DNA of 64,000 bases, taken from the NCBI GenBank assembly GCA_965240325.2, contig OZ251254.1, forward strand, positions 62,001 through 126,000. The letters run 5' to 3'. A model generated the notes under the pieces. The model ran no database searches. It saw only the letters and a program-made list of their open reading frames with translations, and had not been told where the DNA came from. This DNA is from Rebecca billardiae RCC1528. Lineage: Eukaryota > Protista > Haptophyta. Position numbers and translations under genes: made by a program. The stretch's first letter is position 1, and every line of letters begins with the position of its first letter. Below, piece after piece: positions 33,172 through 45,451 of this stretch.

Positions 33172-34168
33172 GCGGCAGCAGCAGCCGCCGCCGCAGCAGC
33201 CGCAGCCGCAGCCGCAGCCGACGGCGCGGCAGCAGCCGCAGCCGCATCAGCAGCAGGCGCTGGCCGACGGCGGCGGCCGAGTGGGCCACGCGCGCGGCGC
33301 CGCCCGAGCCGCCGCCCAGCCGCCCGCCGATCGGCCCAGGCAGGGCGGCGGCCGAGCAGCCGGCGGCGGCGCGGCCGGCGCGCCCAGCCCGCGCGGCGCG
33401 GCGGCCGCGGCGGCCGCCGCGGCCGCGGAGACGGCAGCGGAGGCCGGTTCGGAGGCCGGCGGCGCGCGCGGCCGCGGCGGCGGGCGTGGTGGGCGCCATG
33501 GCGTGCACTCGGCCGCAGAGCCCGCCGACCATCGCGGCGGCGCGCGGCACGGCGCGGCCGGCGGCGCTGACGACGGCGGCGGCGGCGGCGCGGCGCGCGC
33601 GGCCGCGGCGGCGCGCGGCGGCGCGCCGCCGGGGCGGGACTCGGCGGCGCGCGGCGGTGGCCGCGGGCGGGGCGCGGGTGCAAGTGCGGGCGCGGCGCGC
33701 GCGCCCCAGCCCGTCGCCGCCACGCCGCCGGAGGCGCAGCAGCACGCCGCGCCGCCGCCGCGCGGCGCCGCCGGCGGGCGCGGGCGCGGGCGAGGCGGCG
33801 CGCCGCCCGGCGCGCCACCGCCCGCCGTTGCGGCGGCGCCGGAGCGGCCGCCGCCGCCGCCGCAGCCGCAGCCGGGCGCGGGCGCGCGCGGCGCGCGGGG
33901 CGGTGGCGGAGCTGGCGCCGGGCGGGGCGGCGGCGGCGGCCCCGCGGGCCACGCCGCCGGCGCGAGTGATTGCGGCGGCGCCGCCGCCGGCGCCGCGCCG
34001 CCACCGGCCGACGCGGCACCCGTGCGCGTGCGCGGCCGCGGCGGTGGGCGCGGGGGCGCGCGCGGCGTGCGCGTGCGCGGCGGTGGGTCGGGCGCGTCGG
34101 CCGCGCCGCCGCCGCCGCCGCCAGTCATCGCGATCGCGCGCCGTCCGCCCGGTCCTGGGGAGCACTGA
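32345..34168 (+). CDS. UPF3: Nonsense-mediated decay factor UPF3 (Smg-4/UPF3 RRM)
   Basis: KLVLRNLPPEL, AFVAFES.EEALAF...VDG..L.D.RG....AV..AP.Q.VP, GALQGDKDF..F and TPLL all match the UPF3 domain. A poly-Q and RGG-rich tail follows. Confidence 0.82.
33103..33168 (+). repeat. (CAG)n poly-glutamine tract in UPF3
   Basis: About 22 uninterrupted CAG codons. Confidence 0.95.
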
Positions 34169-34423
34169 GCAGTCGCAGCCGTTGATGAATTCAGCAGCAT
34201 GGCGGCCGGCCCCGTCTGTGTAGCCAAAGCTGACTCCGCTAGCCGTCCAAGCCCAAGGGAGATCTGTATCTCCCTTGGCCTGTCCCGAGTCCCGAGTCCT
34301 GACGATCTCGGCTCCCGCCTCGGCCCGGACATACCTTCCGGGAGGCGACGCACCCGCCGAGGAAATCGCTACCGGTTGCCCCCGCCGTTGGCAGCGGCTC
34401 GGCTCCTCGCGCGCGCGGTTCAA

Positions 34424-36505
34424 ATGCTGCCGCCGTCGCCACGCGCAACCGACGCGGACGACGTCGTGCTCGACCTGCACGGCGCGGCGCTGGGCGAGGC
34501 GGGCGCCGACGCGCTCTCGCGCCGGCCGCATGAGCTCGCCGCGCTCACCGTCCTCCGCCTCGGCCGGAACGGGCTGAGCGACCGCGCGGGCGAGGCGCTG
34601 CTCGGCGCGCTCGCGCGCGGCGGCGCCGCCGCGCTCCGCGCGCTGCACGTCGAGCACAACGAGCTGGCGGACCGCGCGGCGGCGCAGGCGGCGGCGCTGC
34701 TCGCCACGCAGCACTCCCGCCTCGCCGTCCTCGACCTCTCCGCCAACGCGATCGGCGACGCGGGCGCGCGCGCGCTCGCGCGCGCGCTGCATGGCAACTC
34801 GAGTCTCGTCAGACTCGATCTCGCGCACAATCTCGTGGGCGACGCGGGCGCGGCGCAGCTGGGGCTGGCGCTCGCGCCGGCTGGCGCCGAGCCCGCCGGC
34901 GCCGCCCGACGGAGCCCGCCCTCCGCGCTCCGCGAGCTCAACCTGGGCGCTAACCCGGCGCGCGCGCCGCGGCCGCTTGAAGAGATCAGGGGCTGCTGTG
35001 CGCGCAACGCGGCGCGCCGGCTGGGGAGCGACGCGCGCGCGGCGGCGGCGGAGGCGGAGACGCCGCCGTCGGCGCGCGCGAGAGAGAGGGAGACGCCGAG
35101 CAGCGCGAGCGCCGAGTCCACGCCCTCGCGCGTCGACGAGGTCGACGGCGGCGCGTGGGCGCGCGGCGGCGCCGTCGCAGCGGCCGACGCCGACGGCGGC
35201 GCGCGGGCGCGCGGCAGGGCTGTCGCGGCACCGGGCGATGGCGGCGGCGGTGGCGGCGCGTGGGCAGGTGGCTGGAGTACCGTCGCTGCCGCCAATGCTG
35301 GCGGCGGCGGCGCTGGCGGCGGCGGCGGCACGCGGTGGGAGCAGCGACCGGCGGGCGCGGCGGCGGACGGCGCGCCGACGCCGCGCGGCCGCGCGGCTGA
35401 CGGCACGGTGCGCCGCCGCCCCGCCGACGCCCGCGCGTCCGCGCGCCCCGCGGCGGCGGCGGCGGCGGCGCGCGCCCTCCACGAGCCGCCGCCACCGCCG
35501 CACTCGCACATGTGGGACCAGCGCATCCTCGCCGCCGAGCTCTCGCGCGCGCGCGCGGAGCTCGGCGCGGCGCTTTCCGCGAACGCGCGGCTGTCTGAGA
35601 CGGTCGAGACGTTACGCTCCGAGTTTCGTCAGGGCGTGCACTGCGCGGCGGAGGGCGCGACGGCGGCGTGCGCGCGCGCGCGCGCGGAGGCGCGCGTGCT
35701 CGCGGCCGCGCTGGCCGACGCGGACGCGGCGGAGGGCGCGTGGCGCGCGCGCGCGCACGCGCACGCGGCCGAGGCAGCCGCCGAGCGCGCCGCATTTGCC
35801 GACGCGCTCGGCGCGATGCGCGACAGCGTGTGCGCCGCGCTCGCCCTCTCGCCGGAGGCGGTCGACGCCGCCATGCAGTTTCGGCTCGGCGGCGGCGCGG
35901 CGGACGGGCGGCACGCCACAGACGCGGCCGACGCTGCCGGGCAGCTGCAGGGCGGCGGCGGCCGGGCGGACGGCCTCGGCCGCGGGGGCGCCGCCGCCGA
36001 CGGCGGCGGCGCGCGGTGGGAGGGCGGTCCGGGAGGGCAGTCCGGTGGGAGGGCAGTCCGGGAGGGCGGCGGTGGCGGTCGGGCGTGGTGGCCCGGCGGC
36101 GGCGGCGGCGCGCCCGCGGACGACCGCGCCGGGCCCGGCGCGCGGCGCCACGCGCGCCTCGGCGGCGGCGGCGGCGGCGGCGACGAGAACGCGGGCGACC
36201 GTTACGCATACCGTTACGCCGGCGCGGACGAGGCGGGTGGCGGGATGCGGCGCGGCGGCGCGGCGGACGCGGCGGACGCGCTGGCCGACGCGGCCGCGCG
36301 CGAGGTGCTGCTGGCAGCCGGCGGCAACCGGCTCGTGGGCGCGCCGGCGGCGGGCGCGCGCGCCGGCGAGGGCGCCAAGCCGGCGGCTGTGCTGCACGGT
36401 GGCGCGCGCCCGCCGCACCAGACGGCCGCGCCGCCGCGCGCCGCGCCCGCTCGCGCCGCGCTGCGCTCCGTGGCGGGTCCTCAGCAGCACCAGGCCCAGT
36501 GGTGA
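34424..36505 (+). CDS. RNI-like leucine-rich-repeat protein with coiled-coil region
   Basis: 28-residue LRRs (LTVLRLGRNGLSD, LAVLDLSANAIGDAGARALARALHGNSSLVRLDLAHNLVGDAGA). The start codon is uncertain. Confidence 0.85.
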   Translation: MLPPSPRATDADDVVLDLHGAALGEAGADALSRRPHELAALTVLRLGRNGLSDRAGEALLGALARGGAAALRALHVEHNELADRAAAQAAALLATQHSRLAVLDLSANAIGDAGARALARALHGNSSLVRLDLAHNLVGDAGAAQLGLALAPAGAEPAGAARRSPPSALRELNLGANPARAPRPLEEIRGCCARNAARRLGSDARAAAAEAETPPSARARERETPSSASAESTPSRVDEVDGGAWARGGAVAAADADGGARARGRAVAAPGDGGGGGGAWAGGWSTVAAANAGGGGAGGGGGTRWEQRPAGAAADGAPTPRGRAADGTVRRRPADARASARPAAAAAAARALHEPPPPPHSHMWDQRILAAELSRARAELGAALSANARLSETVETLRSEFRQGVHCAAEGATAACARARAEARVLAAALADADAAEGAWRARAHAHAAEAAAERAAFADALGAMRDSVCAALALSPEAVDAAMQFRLGGGAADGRHATDAADAAGQLQGGGGRADGLGRGGAAADGGGARWEGGPGGQSGGRAVREGGGGGRAWWPGGGGGAPADDRAGPGARRHARLGGGGGGGDENAGDRYAYRYAGADEAGGGMRRGGAADAADALADAAAREVLLAAGGNRLVGAPAAGARAGEGAKPAAVLHGGARPPHQTAAPPRAAPARAALRSVAGPQQHQAQW

Positions 36506-36949
36506 CGCCGGTCGCTGCAGGCGTCGCCGGGCACGCGCAGGCAGACTCGGGCACAGTGCCTATGCGCGACGGCTAGCGCCGCGCTCCGCTCGTGGGCCGG
36601 GGTCCTCAGAGTCAGACCGCGCATCGACAGTCACAGCACCTGACTGGCGCAGCCCGCCCGAGCCCGGCTAGCTCAATGAAGAGTACGACGCGGATGAGTC
36701 TTAGTCGTCAGTCGCGTAGCAATAAAGTTATTGTACTCCGGGAGCTGCGTGGCACGCCCTGCGTGGCCGGTGGCGCACCGCGCAGCGGCCGCGCGCGCGG
36801 CGGCGGCGGCGCGCGCGCAGCCGCAGCGCTGGCCGGAGCGTATATACTCACAGTGCGCTAGCCGGCACCGAAAGTTGAATTGGCAGAATCGGCCGATTCC
36901 GCGATCAGGGACGTTTTCGCGGAGGCCGGCCGCCATCGCTGGCGCAGCC

Positions 36950-37660
36950 ATCCGCGCGCGAACACGCGCGCGCAGCGACGCCAGCCGCATGGCGTGCGCC
37001 AAGACGGGGGGCGGCTGAGTTCTGCATCACCTACGCTCGTTCGGGCTCGCGGGTCATGCCTCCCATCGCGGCCGCCTCCGTCCGCCTTTGACCAGAGTGC
37101 GCGTGCAGGTGCGCCAGCAGTCGGCGACATCGCCTCCCGCGCGCCGCGCCACACCGCGGCTGACGGGGGGTCTAGGAGGGAATCGCAGAAAGTTACGTGG
37201 CTGAAATTGTTCGGTGTACACGCATCATCAAAGGTAGCACAGCTGCGTTTCGCCGTTGACGAGCTGCACCCCCCCTCAATTCGCGGGCTCTCCGCGCTCG
37301 CTTCGCGAGCAGGAACATCTGAAATCCGCACGCGAACATGCGCGCGCAGAGACGCCAGCCGCATGGCGTGCGCCAAGACGGGGGGCGGCTGAGTTCTGCA
37401 TCACCTACGCTCGTTCGGGCTCGCGGGTCATGCCTCCCATCGCGGCCGCCTCCGTCCGCCTCTGACCGGAGTGCGCGTGCCGGGTGCTCGGCAGCCTGCG
37501 CGCGCACCTTGCGCGCGCCGCGCCACACGGCGGCTGACAGCGGGGTCTAGGAGGGCATCGCAGAAAGTTACACGGCTGAAATTGTTCGCTGTACGCGCAT
37601 GACCCAGTGCATCACAGCTGCGTTCCACCGTTCACGAGCTGCACCCCCTTGCATTCGCGG
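36950..37660. repeat. Tandem duplication of a ~370-bp unit
   Basis: GACGCCAGCCGCATGGCGTGCGCCAAGACGGGGGGCGGCTGAGTTCTG... occurs at ~36977 and ~37351, and similarity continues to GAGCTGCACCCC. Confidence 0.9.
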
Positions 37661-39950
37661 GCGCGCCGCGGCCGCGCTCGCGCAGGCGCATGGGATCCAC
37701 GTGTTGGCTCGATCATCGGGATCAAGCGGGCTGCGCAGGCAGTGGGCTGGCGTACGAGCTCACTACACGCGCAGTGTCAGAATACGCTGCATCAGATGTG
37801 CCCCGTCGGCTGTGCTGCTGAGCATACGGCACACGACGGGCACTCGAGCAGTGTGGCTGGCGATGAGCCCGAGCATCCCAGCTGGCGTGCGAGTGGCTTA
37901 CTGGGCGCAGCTGATGCACGAGCACCCTGCGTTGCACACCGAAGGTGCCAGAAGCACGCGTTCTTGCCATCCAGTCGTATCGTCCGGCCCCCATGCGCTC
38001 AAGGCGGGGGAGGAGATCTGCACGCGTACGCGCGCGCTGGAGATTCCCGAGGCCGCGCATCTGGGCGCTCGGGTTGCCTCCACAGGGGCACCTGAGCTTG
38101 ACTCGAGGGCTGAGTGGAGCAGGCGACGAAACACGCACGACGAGTGGCCGGCGTGATTGTCTGGGGTCTCCTCGTGACGCGCTTGCACGTTTTCGGCGCA
38201 TCACCACTGTGCTGACTTCGCGGCGGCGCCCTGACCGCGCCCCGAGTGACCGTGTCATCGGCTGACCCGCTGACTGCACCCGGTATACGTCCGCGTACCA
38301 GGCGCAGCTGAGACTCGCGCAGAGTAGCGCGCGGCCTATGGCTATAGCCCGGTCGTAGCTTGCGCGTATAGGAGTAGCAGTTGTCGTCATGCGAACTGCT
38401 CGCCTGCTGCGCTAATAAAATTTGATGACTGGCCGACCGCGGACGAAACCTGTATGCGCACGCAGCACGGGATCGATTACAGCGACGCGGGCAGCGTGCC
38501 CGCGCGTCGACGCACGGCCACTGCAGACCCGACGGCCATCAGTCCGAGCTCGCGTCGCGTCGGCGGACGGCTGGCTGGCGGATGAGTCGGCAGGCTTGGG
38601 GAGCCCGCGGGCGCGGCACGCCACGCTGATTGCATGCTGCTGTAGTTGCGCATCGCCTCTTCGTAGACGCGCTGCCTCACTCTCAGCTGAGCTCGGGCCG
38701 CCGGGTGCGACGACGGCTGGCGGGAGCCGCTGACAGTGACGTCATGACGACCGACCGCGAACTCCGACCTGGCTGACAGCAGCGCGAGCAGCGCAGCACG
38801 GCGCGGCGCGATGCGATCTGCGGCGCGGCACGCTGCCAGCGCCACTGGCGTGCGAGACCCCGCCCCGTCTCCGCAGCGCCGCGCTCACATGTGACCACGA
38901 CCTGCACAACACGGGCCGTGGTCAGAAAGCCGTCGCGCGCGCGTTCATTTACGCGGCAACTTGGTGCTGAGCGCCAGCCGAGAGGTAGTGGCGACGACGA
39001 CAGCCACTCCAGGTCGATGTGCACCTGCGTCTGTGCCCGGGTGCCGCTGGGATGCGATTGAGGATGAGATTGCTGCAGCATGCCCTGATATGAGCAGCGG
39101 TCAGTTTGGAGAGCGTGAGTCGTGCCAGCATGCGAGAGCAGACGTGCACGTTTCGAGCAGCCGAGCTGGACCATGAAAGTCAGCAATCCAGCGCGCATGC
39201 CGCGCACCCGAAAGAGCCGACCATCTCCGCATGCTCAGAGCAGCCGGCGGCGCGCTCGCAGAGTCGCTTCGGAGTCGCTTTGCGGCCGTCTCGGCGCGTG
39301 TCATGTGGAGCTGCTCTCGAGGCGAAGGAGGAGGAAGGCGTTGATCAGCGCCGCTGAAGACTAGGACTAGGCTCTCTCGCGAGGTCCGCCGCGCGGTCTA
39401 CGCCGCCGATCACGGCCTCTTGAGGACGGTCGGCCAGCGCGCGCGTCGGCAGCCATCGTGACGCCTCTCATTCAACTTTCGGCCCGTGTTAGCGCACTGT
39501 GCTACGTACGCGCGTACTATATACTGCTCGTCAGACGAACTACTGCTGCTGAGTGCTGTGTTATACGACGACGCGCGACTACATCAGAATATTAAGGCGC
39601 GCCGCCCTGCATTGGCGCCTGCACTATCATCACTGCTCATCAGTATCAGTCTGCTATCTGCAGATTCTGCATGCTTCGCAAGTCGCAGCGTCGTCAGCCG
39701 GCTCCGAGCCGCCACTACCGAGTCACTCGGACTACGTGGTCAGGCTGACGTACTCGTCGGCGCTCACGCCGTGCGGGCGGGTGGGCCACGCGGCAGGCGG
39801 GCCAGGCGTCAGTCCGACCCGCGCCGCGGCCGCGCCCCGCCGCGCGCACGGCTCTCCGCGCCGCCAACCGCCTCGGGCTGACGCGACCGGCCAGCTGACG
39901 AAACCGGCCGGCTGCCGAGAGCGCGGCAGCGGCCGTCGGCGCGCGGGCGC

Positions 39951-41702
39951 TCACGGCTGGGCGTCGTCCGGCTCCGGCCCGTCCGACCGCCGCCCGAGCG
40001 CGGCCGACTGCCTGCCGCACGCGTGCACGCCGCCGTCCGCGCCCGAGAACAGCGAGTGGTGCCGCCCGAAGGCCACGTCGAGGACGGCCTGCGCGGCGAG
40101 CGAGCGCACGCGCTCCGGAGTGGTCACGCGCGTGCGGTGGCCGAGGCCGAGCTCGCCCTCGCGGTTGTACCCGAAGGTGTGCACGCTGCCGTCCGCGCAC
40201 ACCACCGCCGACGTCGCCCACCCCGCGCTCGCCTTCACCGCGCGGCGCGGCGGCGCGCCCGGCGCGCCCGCGAGCGGCGCCAGCCGCGCAGGCACCCGCT
40301 CGCGCGCGCCCGACGCGTCCTGGCCGAGGCAACCTTCGGAGTGCAGTGCTGAGGCGTGCGGCCCGTAGGCGAAGGCGTGCACGCCGCCCGCCGCGTCCAC
40401 CACCAGCGCGTGCGCCCAGCCCGCGCTCACGTGCACCGGCGCCGCGCCGCCCTCGAGCGCGCTGCCGCGCCCGGCCGGGGCGGCGGGCGGCGCGGCGGCG
40501 CGCCCGGCGGCCGGCGCAAGTCCGCGCGCCTCCGGAATTCCTCCGCGCGCCTCCGGAGCGCCGGACTCGGCCGGGTCGGCGGCGGGCGCGCTCGGCGCGC
40601 TCGGCTCGTCGGCGAGCCCGGGCGCCGGCCCCCATGACGCGCCCACTACGCTGCCCCGCCCGCTCTCGCCGCCGAGTCCGGGCGCCCCGGGCTCGAGTCC
40701 GGGAGGAGCCCCGGACTCTGCGACCGCGCCGCTGCGGAGCCGGCTGGGAGTGCGCAGCTCGTCGCGCGGGTGGACAAAGCCGACGCCGCCGTAGCCGCAG
40801 GCGAAGAGCTCGGCGGCGGTGGTGAGGCAGAGGGTGTGCCCGCCGCCCGCGCCGATCCCCGCCACGCGCACGCCGCGCAGCGCCTCCACACGCACCGGAC
40901 TAGTCCGGTGCTCCGAGTCGCCCAGCCCGAGCTGGCCGCGCGCGTTGGCGCCCCATGCCCACAGCGCGCCGGCCGGGGACAGTGCGAGGGAGTGGTGCTC
41001 GCCGGCGGCGAGGCAGATGATGGGCTCGGCCGCGGCGCGGAGCGCGCGCACGTGCTCGAACGCGCACCGCGGCGCCCGGTCGCCGAGCCCCAGCTGCCCG
41101 CAGTGGTTCTCGCCGCAGCCGTACACGGCGCCGGCCTCGCTCAGCGCGAGCAGGTGCGCGTCGCCGGCCGCGACGGCGGCGACGCGCACGGCGGCGAGCG
41201 AGGGCACGGGGCGCGGCTCGAAGACGGGCGGCGCGGCGTCGCCGTGGCCGCACGCGCGCGGCGCGTGCGCGCCCACGCCCTCCGCCCACGCCTCGCCGCA
41301 CGTGCGCACCGCGCCGGCGCCGTCAACGAAAGCGCTGTAGCCGCAGCCCGCGTCGACGGTCCGCACGTGCGTGCGCGCGAGCGCCCAGACGCGCTCGCGG
41401 GCGAAGAGCTCCTCGGTCCACGTGGACGCGCCGCCCGGCGGCCGCGCGCCCGACAGCCCGTGCGGCCCGCCGTGACCGCGCCCCAGCGCGCGCGCCTTGA
41501 GCGTGGACGCGACCGCGCCGCGAAGCGCGCGGCACGCGCCGTTCGCGCGCGCCACGTCGGCGAGGTCGGCGAGGCGCGCGACGACGGCCTCGAGCAGCTC
41601 GGGCGGCATCTCGGAGAGCGTCGGCGTCGGCGGCGCCGCCGCGACCGACGCCGCCGCCGCCGCTGGCTCCTCGCGCGAGCCCCTCGCCGCCGCCGACGTC
41701 AT
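39951..41702 (-). CDS. F-box + RCC1-repeat protein (paralogue of 7133-8652)
   Basis: F-box LSEMPPELLEAVVARLADLADVARANGACRALR. RCC1 repeats such as AAGEHHSLAL..GALWAWGANARGQLGLGD. Confidence 0.9.
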   Translation of the reverse strand: MTSAAARGSREEPAAAAASVAAAPPTPTLSEMPPELLEAVVARLADLADVARANGACRALRGAVASTLKARALGRGHGGPHGLSGARPPGGASTWTEELFARERVWALARTHVRTVDAGCGYSAFVDGAGAVRTCGEAWAEGVGAHAPRACGHGDAAPPVFEPRPVPSLAAVRVAAVAAGDAHLLALSEAGAVYGCGENHCGQLGLGDRAPRCAFEHVRALRAAAEPIICLAAGEHHSLALSPAGALWAWGANARGQLGLGDSEHRTSPVRVEALRGVRVAGIGAGGGHTLCLTTAAELFACGYGGVGFVHPRDELRTPSRLRSGAVAESGAPPGLEPGAPGLGGESGRGSVVGASWGPAPGLADEPSAPSAPAADPAESGAPEARGGIPEARGLAPAAGRAAAPPAAPAGRGSALEGGAAPVHVSAGWAHALVVDAAGGVHAFAYGPHASALHSEGCLGQDASGARERVPARLAPLAGAPGAPPRRAVKASAGWATSAVVCADGSVHTFGYNREGELGLGHRTRVTTPERVRSLAAQAVLDVAFGRHHSLFSGADGGVHACGRQSAALGRRSDGPEPDDAQP

Positions 41703-42707
41703 GCCTGCCTGGGCCGCCCGCCGCGATGCAACAAGTCGCGCGCACTGGTCGCGCAGTCGCGCGGCGCGGTGCCGCTTGCTTGGTGCCTTGCGCGCAGCGC
41801 GGGCTGCGCGGCCCGAGGCTGCACTGGTTCCGGTCCGGATGGCTCGGGCAGACGCAGCAAAAGGACGCAGTCAGCCAGTCACCACTCACCAGTCAGGCCC
41901 TCACCGGTCAGGCGAACCGCCCGGACCGGACCTTCCAAGCTCCAGCGTGAACGACTGAACGTTGCTCACCACCGATGGCTGCCGTTCTTGGGAGTGAGGT
42001 GGCGTACTGCTGTTCATGAGGCTGTAGTGCATCCGAGCCAGGTGTCTCACGACTCACGTCAGCCGCCACTGGCTGCCACTACATCAACCAGTCATCAGCT
42101 CCGGCCTGCTAGTACACCAGCGCGGCCTCCACGCCAGTCGCCCAGACGGACAGGGCTGCTCAGCCTGACGTGACTCAGCCCGTGAGTGACGCGGGACGCT
42201 CACCTCGTCACGTCGGAGTCTGACGCGCCGATGCCAGGTCCATGCGTGCTCTTGCAGCATGCTCCGTCAATGCGAAGCTCTCGAGTCTCGACTCTCGGAG
42301 TCGGACTGAGCCCGGCAGCGTCTGAGCGTGAGTCACGCGCCCGTCGATTCGGAACCGCGCAGTACTCAGTAGCCGGCCGTCGTTATTCGTTAAGCTGCGG
42401 CGCCGCCGTGCACGACCTGTCACCCTGACTGCGCCGACGGGGCGGTGCAGCCCGACCGGCGCGCCCCGCTCCCCGCCACATGCGCAGGCAGGGCGGCTGC
42501 TGTGGGCCCGAGCTGCGCCGTAGGCCTGCTGGTCGGTCCGAAGGGCACGGCCCGCCATTGCAGACTTGTCACTTGACTGCCACGACATGCCCTGCACGGT
42601 CGCAGAGTCCGAGACCCGGAGAGTGACGAGTGAGGCAGTGAGCGAGCCAGTGCCCGTGGGGCCGTGGGAGCCGATGTCAGTTGCTGTAACTTAGTATGAG
42701 TTGTAAC

Positions 42708-45419
42708 TTAGCACTCGACCATGACAGACGACCACTCGTCCGCGTCCACGGCTGCGTCAGCCAGCGCGTGCTGCGCAGAGGCGTGTGCGGCGCAGAGCGC
42801 GTCGTCGTCGAGCGAGTGCCACAGCCGCGCGCCGAGCTCGTGCAGGCCCGCGCAGAGCACGGCCGCGCGCCAGATGTGCGCCGCCGCGAGCGCGTCGCGC
42901 CCGCCGCCGCCGCCGCCGCCCCCGCCGCCGTCATGCGCTGCCGCCGCCCCGCCGCCGCCGCCGCCGCCGACGCGCGCCGCGGCCGCGCGTGTCGCGAGCT
43001 CTGCCGCCCACTCGCTGGCCGGGCTGCGGGCGCGCGCGACGGCGTGTGCGCGGAGCAGCGCGTCGAGCGCGCGGAGGGGCTCGCTCTGTGCGGCGCGCGC
43101 GCGCACGCGCATTCGCTCCGACGTTTCGGCCTCGGGCTCCGCGCCGTCGGCGTCGGCGTCGGCGTCGGCGCCGCCGCCGCCGCCGCGCGTCCCCGCCGCC
43201 GCTCGCACGTCGAAGACCGGCGGCGCGAGCGCAAGGCCGAACTGCCGGAGCGAATGCGCATGCGCGCGCGCGCCGCACACGGCGACGGTGGTGGCGGGCG
43301 CCGCCAGCAGCGCGGCCACGCGCGCGTGCGGCGAGGCGGCATCGTGCGCGGGCGCGGCGCACGGCGCGGCCGGAGCCGAGCCGTCCGCGCATTCCGCCGC
43401 GCCGAGCGCAGGGCAGGGCGGCACGCGCGGCCCCTCCGCGCCGCCGCCCGCCGCGCCGGCGGGCGGCGGCGCCGGCGCGGTGCGCGGCAGCGGCAGCCGC
43501 AGCACGCACACCTCGCCCGGCACGAAGCTCACGCACAGCGCGCCGGCGGCGGGCGGCGGCGGGCGCGGCGGCCGGGCGGCGGCCGCGCCGCCGCCGCCGG
43601 CAGCCGCCGGCTCGCGCGCCGCGCCGCCGCCGCCCCAGCTCGCGAGGGTGAGCGCGGCGGTGCGCGCGCGCTCGCACGCGCGGCCGAACGCGGCCCAGCT
43701 GCGGCTGTCTGCGAGCGCGTCGTGCACGCGCAGCGGCGGCGCGGAGGCGGTGGCGGCGGCGGAGGGCGGCGCGCGCGGCGGCGGCGGGAGCGGGGCAGGG
43801 CGCGGCGCCGCCGCCGCGCCGGCAGCCGCGCCGCGCGCCGCCGCCCGGGGCCGCTTGGGCGCGCGCGGCGCGGAGGCGGCGCGCGCACGCTTGGCGGCGC
43901 TCGGCGCGCGCGCGGCCCGCCGCGCGGGCGCGAGCGCGCGGCCCGCCGCCGCGGCCTCCGCCGCGGCGGCGAAGTCGCGCGCCTCGCGCCGCGCCTGCGC
44001 CGCGCGCGCGCGGAGCGCGGCCGGCGGCGGCGCGCGCCGCGCGTGCTCGGCGGCGGCGGCGGCGTGCGGCGGCGGCGCGGCGGCCGCCGCCATCGCCTCG
44101 GCGATCTCCGCCTCCGGCGTCGCGCCCAGCGCCGCGGCCGTGCGCACGCCGCGCGCCCACAGCGCGTGCGCCGCGCCGGGCGTCAGCGCCGGCGCCGCCT
44201 CAAGCAGCGGAACAAGCTCAGCGCGCGCCGCGTGCCGCAGCCGCGCGCTGAGCGCGCGCAGCAGCTCGGCAAGCAGTTCCCAGCCGGCGCGCGCGGGCGG
44301 GCGGCGCTCGGCCGCGCCGCGCTCGGCCGCCATGCTCGCGAGCGCGGCGCCGCGCCGCTCGGCCAGCTCGCGCAGTCGCTCGAGCGCGCTCGTGTCCAGC
44401 GGCTGCTGCGCGCCGCCGCCGTCGCGCGCCGCGGCCGCGCCCGCGCGCGGCCGCGCGGCCGCGAGGCCGGCGAGCTCCGCGCGGCCGCCGTCGCCGTGCA
44501 GCCAGAGCTGCAGGCAGAGCGCCGCGCCGAAGCGCAGCTCCGGCGCCTGCTGCCCGGTGAGCGGCTGCTGCCGCTTCTCCAGCGCGTTCAGCGCGCCGTG
44601 CGTGCAGCCGAGCCACTCGAAGGCGATCGTGACGGCGCGCGCGCGCCGCCGCGCCGCGTCTGCGGAGAGTTGCGACGGCGCGGCGGCGGCGCCGCCGCCG
44701 TGGTCCGGCGGCGCGCCGCCGCCGTGCTCGAGCGCCCAGCGCCCCTTGCACTCGCGCAGCGCGATCGGGCAGATCCGCCCGCGCATCAGCTCGCCCACCT
44801 CCGACCCGCCGCACAGCAGCACGAGCGCATGCAAATCCGTGCCGATCGCGAGCCCGTGAGCGTGCGCGCGCTCGAGCTCCTCGTGCGCGGCCGCCGCGTC
44901 GGCGGGCGCGAGCTGCGACGCGTGGGCCGCGCGGCCGCGCGCCGTCACGCGCACGCGCGCGCCGCCGCACAGCGCGGCGCGCAGCGCGCGCACGCCGCCG
45001 GCGCCATCGTCGTCGACTCGCTGCGCGCCCGCCGCCTCCGCGCCCGCGCCGCCGTCGACGTCCATCGGCGCCCCGGCGCCCGCCGGCGGCGCCATCCGCG
45101 CCGCGCCGCGCGCGCCCGCGCCGCGCCGCGCGCGCGCGGGCGTCAGCTGCACCAGCCCCGCGCCGAGCAGCGAGCGCAGCGCGAGCAGCGCGCACGCGAC
45201 GCGGCCGTCCGCGGCGGCGGCAGCCCAGAAGGCGCGGGCCGTCCGGACGGGCGCCTCCCGGACTGGCGGCTCCCGGACTGGCGGCAGATCAACGGCGGGC
45301 GTGGGCGGCGCGGCAGGCGCGAGGTGGCGGCCCTGGTCACACGCGCATGTCGGCGGCGGCGGCGGCGGCGGCGGCGCAGCAGCAGCCCGCGACCCCGCGG
45401 CTTCCACCTGCGCGTCGCT

Positions 45420-45451
<32 letters not shown>

